From assembly GCF_009831105.1 (NCBI RefSeq), contig NZ_WUUQ01000003.1, forward strand, positions 60,001 through 92,000: 32,000 nt of DNA. The letters are read 5' to 3'. Below the pieces are notes generated by a model. The model was not told the origin of the DNA, did not search any database, and saw nothing but the letters and a program-made list of their open reading frames with translations. The stretch comes from Copranaerobaculum intestinale. GTDB taxonomy: Bacteria > Bacillota_I > Bacilli_A > Erysipelotrichales > Erysipelotrichaceae. Position numbers and translations under genes: made by a program. Of this stretch, positions 9,073 to 17,611 are shown piece after piece (the stretch's first letter is position 1; every line of letters starts with the position of its first letter).

Positions 9073-9429
9073 TCAATTCATTTCAAATTTCTCGGACAAT
9101 TCTGTTAGCTCTTTCACCGTTTCCTGTGTGTGATGCAACAGGGTGTCGCGCATTTCTGGCGGACAGCTGGAATAAAGCATTTTCATCTGATTGACACCCT
9201 CATCCTCCAGAGAAATATCTGGATTTATAAGCGTATCTAAAGAGATGTGCAGGACCTTTGCCAATGCTCTCAAAATCAAATAGGACGGGTTCATTTTCCC
9301 TTTTTCGATATTGGCAATTTGCTTTACAGAAACATGGCTTAGATCGGAAAGTTCCTGTTGTGTCAGTTCTTTATTCTTTCTGGCTTCCCGCATTTTTTGC
9401 CCTAAAGCAGTTAAATCATCAATCGGCAT
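9073..9429 (-). CDS. XRE-family helix-turn-helix transcriptional regulator
   Basis: HTH_3 signature 'LTQQELSDLSHVSVKQIANIEKGKMNPSYLILRALAKVL'. RBS GAGGTGA is present. Confidence 0.8.
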   Translation of the reverse strand: MPIDDLTALGQKMREARKNKELTQQELSDLSHVSVKQIANIEKGKMNPSYLILRALAKVLHISLDTLINPDISLEDEGVNQMKMLYSSCPPEMRDTLLHHTQETVKELTELSEKFEMN

Positions 9430-9443
9430 AATCGTTCACCTCA

Positions 9444-9472
9444 AATATATTTTATCGTTCCGATTTGCACAA
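9444..9472 (-). promoter_or_regulatory. Candidate promoter of the XRE-family gene
   Basis: On the minus strand: TTGTGC (9467-9472), a 17-nt spacer, then TATATT (9444-9449). Confidence 0.4.
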
Positions 9473-9573
9473 AGGAATAACCTTATTGTGCTTGAGAACA
9501 GGACTGATTATGCTGATTCCTTTTTGATAACATGGTTGCTCCATGATTATGGCGTTTCCGGCTGCTAATTGAA

Positions 9574-9735
9574 CTATGAGGATGAATTGCAGATTTCAGC
9601 TTTTAGTTCGTTGCCAAACGAGAATGATATAGAATGCGGTAGGGAGGCTATCAGTTTTATTCGCTCATCTATGAGCCGTTTTTTATTCTCTGTGACATAA
9701 AAATTCATCTGGATATTCCGTTTTCGGTTCGCCAT
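9574..9735 (-). pseudogene. 5' fragment of a second mobC-like (RHH) gene, truncated after about 30 codons
   Basis: RBS GGAGG is followed by 'MANRKRNIQMNFYVTENKKRLIDERIKL'. This parallels the intact MobC N-terminus (KRKRDVPVLFWVSAEEQELIHQKM). After that point the sequence runs into unrelated residues and a stop, and the conserved C-terminal MobC helix is absent. Confidence 0.5.
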
Positions 9736-10080
9736 GCGCTGCCTCCATTCTTCATAAGAGTTTGAGATTATCCCAACAAACATTTTTCATTTTCGGGCAA
9801 GGGACCTGAAAATCCGAAAAATCGCAAGCGGGTACTCGCTTGCTGTGCTTGCTATCGAAACCCTACCTTCTATTTCTCCCTCTACTAATACTACAATTTG
9901 GAGCGGAGATTTTGGCTGTTTCCATTTCAAATTATGCAAGAACCGCCTCTGTTCAATGTTGAATAGTTCTATATTCACGCACACACGCAGGCAATCACTC
10001 CCCGTAAAGATAGCAAAAGCAAAGTAATTGTCTATTTGGAGCGAAAATGCCTTTTTGGAGAAGAAACATACAGGCATATC

Positions 10081-10113
10081 TGCTATACTGAAATGCGGTT
10101 AGTTCGTGCTAAC
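10081..10113 (+). promoter_or_regulatory. Extended -10 promoter plus downstream inverted repeat (candidate operator) of the ECF operon
   Basis: TGCTATACT (10081-10089), 7 nt, then GGTTAG (10097-10102), N6, CTAAC (10109-10113). A near-identical layout occurs at 13993-14029. Confidence 0.45.
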
Positions 10114-10139
10114 ACAAAAGCAAACAGGAGGACCAAATA

Positions 10140-10718
10140 ATGAATAAACTACAAGGAAAAGACCTTATCAATGTTGGAATCTTCACTGCGATCTATTTTG
10201 TGGTGATGATGGCGATTGCCATGCTGGGATTTATCCCTATTTTTCTTCCGCTTCTGATCGTGCTGGTTCCGCTGATTGGCGGAATCGTAATGATGCTGTA
10301 TTATTCTAAAGTCCAGAAGTTTGGAATGGTATCGCTGACAGGACTGATCTGCGGTATTTTAATGTTGCTGACCGGCATGGGGTATTGGAGCATTATTACC
10401 GGTGCCGTGTTCGGTGTCCTGGCTGATCTTGTTTTGAAATCCGGCGATTATAAGAGTGCAAAAAAAGGAATCATATCGCATGGTGTTTTTTCTATGTGGA
10501 TCATCGGAAACTACATCCCCATTGTTGCAACACGGGACAGCTACTATCAGCAGCTAATCAGCGGTTATGGACAAGAGTATGCAGATTCCATTATGAGCTA
10601 TATCTCGGCATATACGCTCCCCCTTCTTTTGATTGCCGGGTTCGTTTGCGGCGTGATCGGCGGGGTGATCGGCCAGAAAATTTTCAAAAAGCACTTTAAG
10701 CGTGCGGGTATTGCATAA
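10140..10718 (+). CDS. MptD / Trep_Strep-family putative ECF transporter S component
   Basis: A 192-aa, very hydrophobic protein ('DLINVGIFTAIYFVVMMAIAMLGFIPIFLPLLIVLVPLIGGIVMMLYY') with a basic C-terminal tail 'KIFKKHFKRAG'. It is followed directly by EcfT and ECF-type ATPase genes. Confidence 0.75.
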   Translation: MNKLQGKDLINVGIFTAIYFVVMMAIAMLGFIPIFLPLLIVLVPLIGGIVMMLYYSKVQKFGMVSLTGLICGILMLLTGMGYWSIITGAVFGVLADLVLKSGDYKSAKKGIISHGVFSMWIIGNYIPIVATRDSYYQQLISGYGQEYADSIMSYISAYTLPLLLIAGFVCGVIGGVIGQKIFKKHFKRAGIA

Positions 10719-11455
10719 TGCGCCGTGAATTGTTAGCAAGCAAAAAAAAGGAAACCGGCCTGTCGTTAGACCCTCGGACAAAGTTGGCATTGCTTGTCAC
10801 GATTGCCCTCTTTGTCTTGAGCGGCGGAGGTGGGGCTGCTTCTAAACAGTTTGCTCCTATTTTGGCTGCTGTTCCATTGATCCTGCTGCTCACGGAAAAA
10901 TCGTGGAAGGGATCGGTTATCTATTTTGTTTTATATGGCGGCAGCTATATATTGCAACTATGGGCGCTCCCCCACCTGTCCGGCCTTCCTAACTTTCTTG
11001 TTGTTGCAATCTGCGGTTTCTTTATGCGGTTTGTGCCGGGGATTATGATGGGATACATCACGGTCAGGACAACGACGGTCAGCGAGTTTGTTGCCTCTAT
11101 GAAGAAGCTGCATTTACCGGAGCAGATCATCATTCCTATGTCCGTGATATTCCGATTTTTCCCTACGGTTGTAGAAGAATATAATGCCATAGGGGACGCT
11201 ATGAAAATGAGAGGAATCCGTTTTGGCGGGGGCAAAGCCAGTGCAATGCTGGAATACAGGCTTGTCCCTGTTATCATGTGTTCCGTCAAGATCGGGGAAG
11301 AATTAAATGCGGCAGCCCTGACAAGAGGATTGGGCGGTCCGGTCAAGAGGACAAACATCTGCGAAATCGGCTTTCATGTGCAGGATGTTTTTTTCCTGCT
11401 GCTATGTGTGGTGGCTTTTGCAATTCCTATTGTCACGATGATTACAGGGAGGTAG
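10718..11455 (+). CDS. ecfT: Energy-coupling factor transporter transmembrane (T) component, CbiQ family
   Basis: Start overlaps the preceding stop (TAATG). Contains 'LDPRTKL' and two Ala-Arg-Gly-type coupling motifs ('AMKMRGI', 'ALTRGLG'). Confidence 0.85.
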   Translation: MRRELLASKKKETGLSLDPRTKLALLVTIALFVLSGGGGAASKQFAPILAAVPLILLLTEKSWKGSVIYFVLYGGSYILQLWALPHLSGLPNFLVVAICGFFMRFVPGIMMGYITVRTTTVSEFVASMKKLHLPEQIIIPMSVIFRFFPTVVEEYNAIGDAMKMRGIRFGGGKASAMLEYRLVPVIMCSVKIGEELNAAALTRGLGGPVKRTNICEIGFHVQDVFFLLLCVVAFAIPIVTMITGR

Positions 11456-11459
11456 GCCT

Positions 11460-12995
11460 ATGATCGAATGTAAAAAAGTTTCTTTTTCCTACCCTCCAAA
11501 TGAAACTGACATTGGGGACAGGAAAGGACACGGAACATTAAGAAATATTGACCTGTCTATTAACGACGGGGATTTTGTACTGCTCTGCGGAACATCGGGC
11601 TGCGGTAAAACCACACTGACACGGCTGTTTAACGGACTGATTCCTCATTATTACGATGGAAAGCTGGAAGGCACTGTCATGCTTGATGGAGAAGATATGA
11701 GCGGGCTTTCCCTGTTTGATATATCAAAAAAAGTGGGTTCTGTTTTTCAGAATCCACGTTCTCAATTTTTTAATGTGGATACGACCAGCGAAATTGCCTT
11801 TGGATGTGAAAACCATGGATTGGAAGAAGCAGAAATCCGAAAGCGGGTAAAGCTGGTCTCAGAGCAGTTGAACCTTACAAATCTGCTGGACAGAAGTGTT
11901 TTCTCCCTTTCCGGTGGGGAAAAGCAAAAAATCGCCTGTGGATCTGCCGCCGCTGTGGAACCGGATGTATTTGTTTTGGACGAGCCATCTTCCAACCTTG
12001 ACGCCTATTCCATCGCTGATTTTCGGAAACTGTTAAAAATATTGAAGTCACAGGGCAAAACAATTATTATTGCGGAGCACCGGCTCTACTATCTTTATGA
12101 TCTGGCAGACAGGATCATATATTTAAGCGACGGGGAAATACAAGGGGATTATACTTTGCCGGAATTTCAGTTGATTCCGGCGGCGGAAAAAGCTAAAATG
12201 GGATTACGGCCTCTTGGCCTGGGTGAGTTTGCAGACATTGAGCCTGCCAGTCTACATTCAGGGCAGGGGATATGGAAACTGAACCACTTCCATTTCGCAT
12301 ACAAGAAACAGCCGGAAACGCTTTCTCTGGAAAATATAGAGCTTCCTGCCGGAAATGTAACGGCGGTCATCGGGCACAATGGAGCCGGAAAAACGACACT
12401 ATCCCGTTGCTTATGCGGATTGGAAAAAAGATGTAAAGGTATCCTCGAAAAAGATGGTACTTCCTATTCAAGCAAACAGCGGCTGAAGCTATGCTATATG
12501 GTCATGCAGGATGTAAATCATCAGCTTTTTACGGAGAGCGTTTTAGAGGAAGTCCTGTTAAGTATGCCGGGGAAAGATTCCGATGAATCGCCTGAAAATG
12601 TGGCAAAGGCAGAGGCTATCTTGACAGAAATGGATTTGCTCCCGTACAAAGCCTGCCATCCGATGGGGCTTTCGGGAGGGCAAAAACAACGTGTGGCGAT
12701 TGCTTCTGCGATTGCCTCTGAACGTCCGGTTATACTATTTGACGAACCTACCAGCGGCCTTGATCTCTTTCACATGAGGCAGGTGGCCGATTCGGTCAAA
12801 GGACTTGCCGATTCAGGAAAAACCATTGTGATTGTGACCCATGATCCTGAATTTATACTCAGGTGCTGCAATTATGTGATCCATCTGGAAAACGGCAGAT
12901 TGGAAGAAAACTATTTCCTCCAGGATACGGAAGGACGAGAACGGTTATTTAATTTCTTTATGATGGAAGGAGGCGGCGGAAATCAAACTGTTTGA
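11460..12995 (+). CDS. Fused double ATPase of an ECF/ABC transporter (EcfA-EcfA' type)
   Basis: Two complete nucleotide-binding domains. Walker A: 'GTSGCGKTT' and 'GHNGAGKTT'. Signatures: 'LSGGEKQK' and 'LSGGQKQR'. Walker B: 'VFVLDEPSS' and 'VILFDEPTS'. Confidence 0.9.
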   Translation: MIECKKVSFSYPPNETDIGDRKGHGTLRNIDLSINDGDFVLLCGTSGCGKTTLTRLFNGLIPHYYDGKLEGTVMLDGEDMSGLSLFDISKKVGSVFQNPRSQFFNVDTTSEIAFGCENHGLEEAEIRKRVKLVSEQLNLTNLLDRSVFSLSGGEKQKIACGSAAAVEPDVFVLDEPSSNLDAYSIADFRKLLKILKSQGKTIIIAEHRLYYLYDLADRIIYLSDGEIQGDYTLPEFQLIPAAEKAKMGLRPLGLGEFADIEPASLHSGQGIWKLNHFHFAYKKQPETLSLENIELPAGNVTAVIGHNGAGKTTLSRCLCGLEKRCKGILEKDGTSYSSKQRLKLCYMVMQDVNHQLFTESVLEEVLLSMPGKDSDESPENVAKAEAILTEMDLLPYKACHPMGLSGGQKQRVAIASAIASERPVILFDEPTSGLDLFHMRQVADSVKGLADSGKTIVIVTHDPEFILRCCNYVIHLENGRLEENYFLQDTEGRERLFNFFMMEGGGGNQTV

Positions 12996-13089
12996 TGGTA
13001 AAATAAACTGCGGCTCAAATGTTAAAAATGTCATTGAAACTGAGGATTGCGTTGTCCTGCAGCTTTTTGACGAGAGCGGCGAGGGAACC

Positions 13090-13947
13090 ATGACAGCCCA
13101 CAAAATTTTTGATGGCGCTTTTGTGATGTATAGCGATATGCACCTGAAAGAATGTACCTCCTACTTTCAGAGTAGTACGGACAGTTCGCTTCTCTATATA
13201 GACCATTGCAGGGAGGGACGGATCGAAAGCGAGATTGGCAATCATGCGTATAGCTATTTGCAAGAGCATGAGATGCGTGTGGATGACCGGCGTTCCCATT
13301 CGGGACGGTTCTGCTTTCCACTCTGCCACTATCATGGGGTGACCCTGGGATTTGATTTGGACATTGCTGTGCCGGCGCTGAAAGACTTTTTTGGCGGATT
13401 TTCTGTTGATTTGTACGAGCTTCAAAAAAAATATTGCAATGACAAGAAACCGTTTGTGATTCATAATGAGCCAGGAATTGAACATATTTTTTCAGAGCTT
13501 TACTTTGTCCCGCAGCAGATCAAAGGTGACTACTATAAAGTAAAAGCCCTGGAGCTGCTTTTATATCTGGACGCTTTGCAGTTTTCTGATTCCAAAGAAG
13601 ATCGCCCTTATTTCTATAAAGGGCAGGTAGAAAAAATCAAAGCGATCCATGATCTTATTACGGCAAATTTGCAGGAGCATTACACGATGGATGAATTAGC
13701 TGAACGATTCCAGATTTCATTGACGGGGATGAAAACCTGCTTTAAGGAAATATACGGAGATTCCATGTATTCCTATATTCGCCGTTATCGGATGAACGTT
13801 GCTGCCACAATGCTCCGACAGGATTCCAAAAAAGGGATTGCGGAAATTGCAGGAGTTGTGGGATATGAAAGCCCCAGTAAATTTGCAACAGCTTTCCGGC
13901 AGGTGATAGGGCAGACGCCGATGGAATATCGAAAATCTTTTTTCTAA
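13090..13947 (+). CDS. AraC-family transcriptional regulator (N-terminal ligand-type domain + C-terminal HTH_18)
   Basis: C-terminus 'YTMDELAERFQISLTGMKTCFKEIYGDSMYSYIRRYRMNVAATMLRQDSKKGIAEIAGVVGYESPSKFATAFRQVIGQTPMEYRK' is AraC-type. GAGG lies 5 nt upstream of the ATG. See the finding about the start region. Confidence 0.85.
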   Translation: MTAHKIFDGAFVMYSDMHLKECTSYFQSSTDSSLLYIDHCREGRIESEIGNHAYSYLQEHEMRVDDRRSHSGRFCFPLCHYHGVTLGFDLDIAVPALKDFFGGFSVDLYELQKKYCNDKKPFVIHNEPGIEHIFSELYFVPQQIKGDYYKVKALELLLYLDALQFSDSKEDRPYFYKGQVEKIKAIHDLITANLQEHYTMDELAERFQISLTGMKTCFKEIYGDSMYSYIRRYRMNVAATMLRQDSKKGIAEIAGVVGYESPSKFATAFRQVIGQTPMEYRKSFF

Positions 13948-13992
13948 ACGGTGCATAAATGCCGTTTTGGAGAGGAAAGAAGAATTGAATAC

Positions 13993-14036
13993 TGCTACAA
14001 TGAGGATGGTTAGCAAAGACTACCCATCCTTTTTTC
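13993..14036 (+). promoter_or_regulatory. Extended -10 element followed by a 10-bp inverted repeat and T-run, immediately upstream of the ABC operon RBS
   Basis: TGCTACAAT (13993-14001), then GGATGGTTAG (14004-14013), N6, CTACCCATCC (14020-14029), then TTTTTT (14030-14035). The RBS starts at about 14052. Confidence 0.4.
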
Positions 14037-14068
14037 TTTGCTGACTAAAAAGAAGGAAGGTGATTGTA

Positions 14069-15850
14069 ATGAAGCAGCAAAAAGATAATTGGGTGAAAAT
14101 TCTGTTTTCCTTCGCCGCACCATGCAAGGGGAAAATGGCTCTTTCGGTATTCTGCGCCATTCTGAGCGTTGCAGGAGGGTTTATTCCTTTTTGGGCTGTA
14201 TATGAAATCCTGCTGGCATTTATCAATCAGAATGTGACCCTGAATGGCATTCTGATTTGGTGTCTGGTTGGAGCAGCGGGCTACCTGCTGCGGGTTGCCT
14301 GCCATGGAATCTCTACGATCCTGGCGCATATTTCAGCCTATACCATTTTGGAAGGAATCCGGCTTAAAATTGCAGACCGGCTGATGAAAGCTCCCCTTGG
14401 CGAAGTGATGGGGCGGCGGATCGGCTATCTGAAAAATATCATCATGGATAAGGTTGAGGACTTAGAGCCGCCTTTGGCACACATGATCCCGGAATTGACC
14501 TCTAACCTCCTACTCCCTGTTGCAATTTTTATCTGGATACTGGTTATCGACTGGCGCATGGGATTGGCGGTTCTGATTGCTCCGGTGCTGGCCATGATTC
14601 CTATGTTTTTCCTTATGAGGAACTATAACAGCCAGTACGCCGCTTATATGGAGGCAAATAACCACGTCAACAGTATTATTATCGAGTATGTGGAAGGTAT
14701 CGAGGTTGTAAAGGCCTTTAACCAAAGCACAAGCTCCTATGAAAAATTTGTTAATGCTGTCCAGTCGTTCAAAGAGTTTACCTTGGCATGGTTTAAGAGT
14801 ACATGGAAATCGATGAACCTTATGATGGCGATTATGCCCACAACGCTCCTGGGGGTTCTTCCTGTCGGCCTTTTGCTGGTGCAGAATGGAAGTATCTCCC
14901 CTGCGGAGCTTGCAATGGGGATTATCCTTTCCCTCAGCATTGTTGGACCGTTGATGAAAGCAACCACTTTCATTAACGAAGCAAAGTCTATGGAATATGC
15001 AGTAGAGGCGGCAAATGAACTTTTGAACCTGCCTGTACTGCCGGATTCAGGGAAAATCGTATCTATTCCTCACAATGATATTGCGTTGAAGCATGTAACC
15101 TTTTCCTATGACGGTTCCGAGCAAAATGAAGTGTTGCATGATGTGAACCTGGAATTGCCAGAGGGAAGTTTTACGGCACTTGTAGGACCGTCTGGCGGCG
15201 GTAAATCAACGATTGCCCGTCTGATTGCAAGGTTTTGGGACGTGACAGGCGGCAACATTACCATTGGGGGGAAGAATATCAAAGAGTTGTCTATACGCCA
15301 GCTTTCCGAACTGGTCAGTTTTGTGACGCAGGATAACTTCCTGTTTAATTGCTCCCTGAAAGAAAACATCCGTCTTGGAAATCCAAATGCCACAGATGAA
15401 GAAGTATATGCGGCGGCGAAAGCGGCCTGCTGTGATGAATTTATTGTGCGTTTGGACAAAGGATATGATACCCCTGCCGGTGATGCCGGAAAGAGGCTGT
15501 CCGGCGGCGAAAAACAGCGAATTGCGATTGCGAGGGCGATCCTCAAAAATGCCCCGATTGTTATTTTGGATGAAGCGACAGCATTTACTGACCCGCAGAA
15601 CGAAGATAAAATTCAGAAATCTATCATGGCGTTATCAAAGGGTAAAACTCTTCTTGTGATCGCCCACCGCCTTTCCACCATTCAGAACGCAGATCAGATT
15701 GTCGTGTTGAAAAAAGGCCGGATTGTGGATTGCGGAAAGCAGAAAGAATTGTTGAAGCGGTGTCCGCTTTATGCGGATATGTGGAAAGCCCACATCGGGG
15801 CGAAGAATTGGTCTGTGAGTGAAAAGAAGGAGGTGGCCGCTCATGTTTAA
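14069..15850 (+). CDS. ABC transporter, fused permease (6-TM, type IV/exporter fold) + ATPase, subunit 1 of a heterodimer
   Basis: ATG at 14069 follows GAAGGAAGGTGA. Motifs: Walker A 'GPSGGGKST', signature 'LSGGEKQR', Walker B 'IVILDEAT', H-loop 'IAHRL'. Confidence 0.9.
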   Translation: MKQQKDNWVKILFSFAAPCKGKMALSVFCAILSVAGGFIPFWAVYEILLAFINQNVTLNGILIWCLVGAAGYLLRVACHGISTILAHISAYTILEGIRLKIADRLMKAPLGEVMGRRIGYLKNIIMDKVEDLEPPLAHMIPELTSNLLLPVAIFIWILVIDWRMGLAVLIAPVLAMIPMFFLMRNYNSQYAAYMEANNHVNSIIIEYVEGIEVVKAFNQSTSSYEKFVNAVQSFKEFTLAWFKSTWKSMNLMMAIMPTTLLGVLPVGLLLVQNGSISPAELAMGIILSLSIVGPLMKATTFINEAKSMEYAVEAANELLNLPVLPDSGKIVSIPHNDIALKHVTFSYDGSEQNEVLHDVNLELPEGSFTALVGPSGGGKSTIARLIARFWDVTGGNITIGGKNIKELSIRQLSELVSFVTQDNFLFNCSLKENIRLGNPNATDEEVYAAAKAACCDEFIVRLDKGYDTPAGDAGKRLSGGEKQRIAIARAILKNAPIVILDEATAFTDPQNEDKIQKSIMALSKGKTLLVIAHRLSTIQNADQIVVLKKGRIVDCGKQKELLKRCPLYADMWKAHIGAKNWSVSEKKEVAAHV

Positions 15851-17594
15851 GTCTATGAAACGGATCATTAAATGGGCGGGGAAATATAAGGGACGCCTCT
15901 ATCTTGGCTCTGTTTTTTCCTTTTTCAGCAGCCTGTCTACGGCGATCCCTACAATGGCTGCCGCTTATGCCCTTGATAAAGCAATCGCAGCTTATTGGGC
16001 AGGCAACACAATAGAATCCTCCCTGATCTGGCAGACGCTTTGGATTATTGTTGGCTCGATTGCGCTTAACTTTCTACTCTCTTATTTGCGGGCGGTGTTG
16101 CAGGAAAGCATTGGTTATGAAGTAGCCGCAGGGCAGCGAATCCATTTAGGCGATGTGCTGAAAAGGGTTCCTCTGGGATATTTTTCTAAAAACAGCGTAG
16201 GCGATATTCTGACAGGTGTTACCACGGAGCTATCCACACTTGAATTGCAGGGAATGAAGATGGTCGACATCATCATCAACGGATATGCAAAGTTTATTGC
16301 AATTCTCCTGTGTTTCCTTTTCCTGAGTCCAGCCGCAGCAGTGATTTCTGTTGTCGGCGTTGCCTTTTCCTCATTGGCCTTACATGGTATCAGCAGGCAT
16401 AGTGAAAAGACCGCTGCTATCACGCACCAGGCCATGGAGGATATGTCTGGCTCTGCGATTGAATATATCCGCGGGCTGTCCATCGTTAAATCGTTCGGAC
16501 AGGAAGGGGCTTCTATCGAAAGTTTCCGCAAGGCAAATACGGATTTGAAAAATATTCATATCAAAGTAGAAAAAGGCTATACGCCATTTAACTGCTTGCA
16601 TCTGTTCTCCTTAAAACTGGCATCTATGGGGATTGTGTTTATCTGTGCATGGCAGACACTTAACGGGCAAATGAGTCTTGCTTATTTCCTGATGTTTGTT
16701 CTGTTTTCTTTCGTAATCTTTGGAAGTGTGGAAAACATTAACGACGCGGCTCATATGCTGGGTCTTATAGATTCCGCTATGAATAAGCTGGAAGCTCTGG
16801 AAAATGCAGAATATATCGACCAAGACGGAAAAGATATTACACCGACCTCGTATGACATTACTTTTCAGGATGTATCCTTTGGTTACGATAAACGGACTGT
16901 ATTGCATGATGTGAATTTCACGATTCCGCAGAATACCACAACAGCGATTGTAGGTCCCTCCGGGAGCGGCAAGTCTACCCTGTGCAGCCTGATTGCACGC
17001 TTTTATGATGTTGACGCCGGAAAAATCACTTTAGGAGAAACAGATATTCGAGAATTTACCTGTGACAGCTTACTAAAAAATATCAGTATGGTGTTCCAGA
17101 ATGTATATCTGTTCCGGGATACAATCCGTAACAATATCAAATTCGGCAGCCCGGACGCTTCGGAGGAACAGATGATTGCCGCTGCAAAAGAAGCGCGCTG
17201 CCATGACTTTATTATGGCCTTGCCAGATGGATATGATACCGTCATTGGGGAGGGCGGTTCTTCTCTTTCCGGCGGTGAAAAGCAGCGGATTTCGATTGCC
17301 AGAGCCATGCTGAAAGATGCGCCGATTGTCATTTTGGACGAGGCCACGGCCAGCATTGACCCAGAGAATGAGCATTTGATTCAAGAGGCTATTTCCGCAC
17401 TGACACATGGTAAAACAATCATAACGATTGCCCATAGACTGGCGACGATTGAAAATGCGGATCAAATTCTTGTCATTGATGGTGGAACCGTCGTGCAGAA
17501 AGGAACCCATAAGGAATTGCTGGCTCAAAGGGGAACCTATCAGGAATTTATTAAGATTCGGGAACAGGCTGAGGGCTGGAGGATTCAACAATAA
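15843..17594 (+). CDS. ABC transporter, fused permease + ATPase, subunit 2 of a heterodimer
   Basis: ATG at 15843 overlaps the previous stop by 8 nt, with AGGAGG upstream. Motifs: 'GPSGSGKST', 'LSGGEKQR', 'IVILDEAT', 'IAHRL'. Both nucleotide-binding sites look canonical. Confidence 0.9.
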   Translation: MFKSMKRIIKWAGKYKGRLYLGSVFSFFSSLSTAIPTMAAAYALDKAIAAYWAGNTIESSLIWQTLWIIVGSIALNFLLSYLRAVLQESIGYEVAAGQRIHLGDVLKRVPLGYFSKNSVGDILTGVTTELSTLELQGMKMVDIIINGYAKFIAILLCFLFLSPAAAVISVVGVAFSSLALHGISRHSEKTAAITHQAMEDMSGSAIEYIRGLSIVKSFGQEGASIESFRKANTDLKNIHIKVEKGYTPFNCLHLFSLKLASMGIVFICAWQTLNGQMSLAYFLMFVLFSFVIFGSVENINDAAHMLGLIDSAMNKLEALENAEYIDQDGKDITPTSYDITFQDVSFGYDKRTVLHDVNFTIPQNTTTAIVGPSGSGKSTLCSLIARFYDVDAGKITLGETDIREFTCDSLLKNISMVFQNVYLFRDTIRNNIKFGSPDASEEQMIAAAKEARCHDFIMALPDGYDTVIGEGGSSLSGGEKQRISIARAMLKDAPIVILDEATASIDPENEHLIQEAISALTHGKTIITIAHRLATIENADQILVIDGGTVVQKGTHKELLAQRGTYQEFIKIREQAEGWRIQQ

Positions 17595-17611
17595 GCATAA
17601 AGGAGGAACTG

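Noticed and set aside
8816-9133. A 105-aa plus-strand ORF spanning the relaxase end, the intergenic hairpins and the 3' end of the XRE gene.
   Set aside because: It reads through three stem-loops and overlaps two better-supported genes. Its composition is not protein-like.
9787-10077. A 96-aa minus-strand ORF and a 60-aa plus-strand ORF in the region between the mobC stub and the ECF operon. I also considered whether this roughly 300-bp stretch is a structured RNA, given the hairpin GCAAGCG/CGCTTGC at about 9826-9845.
   Set aside because: There is no RBS, no recognisable family and no convincing multi-stem architecture. It is most simply decayed sequence from the nested element.
10097-10113. 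Calling the GGTTAG-N6-CTAAC sites canonical DtxR/IdeR iron boxes, and therefore calling the cargo iron-specific.
   Set aside because: The canonical 19-bp box has nearly contiguous half-sites, whereas here they are 6 nt apart. The regulator also aligns better with MntR-type proteins. Metal specificity is left open.
13015-13485. A 156-aa minus-strand ORF, plus 13031-13321, antisense to the AraC gene.
   Set aside because: It overlaps the well-supported AraC CDS, and no independent signals support it.
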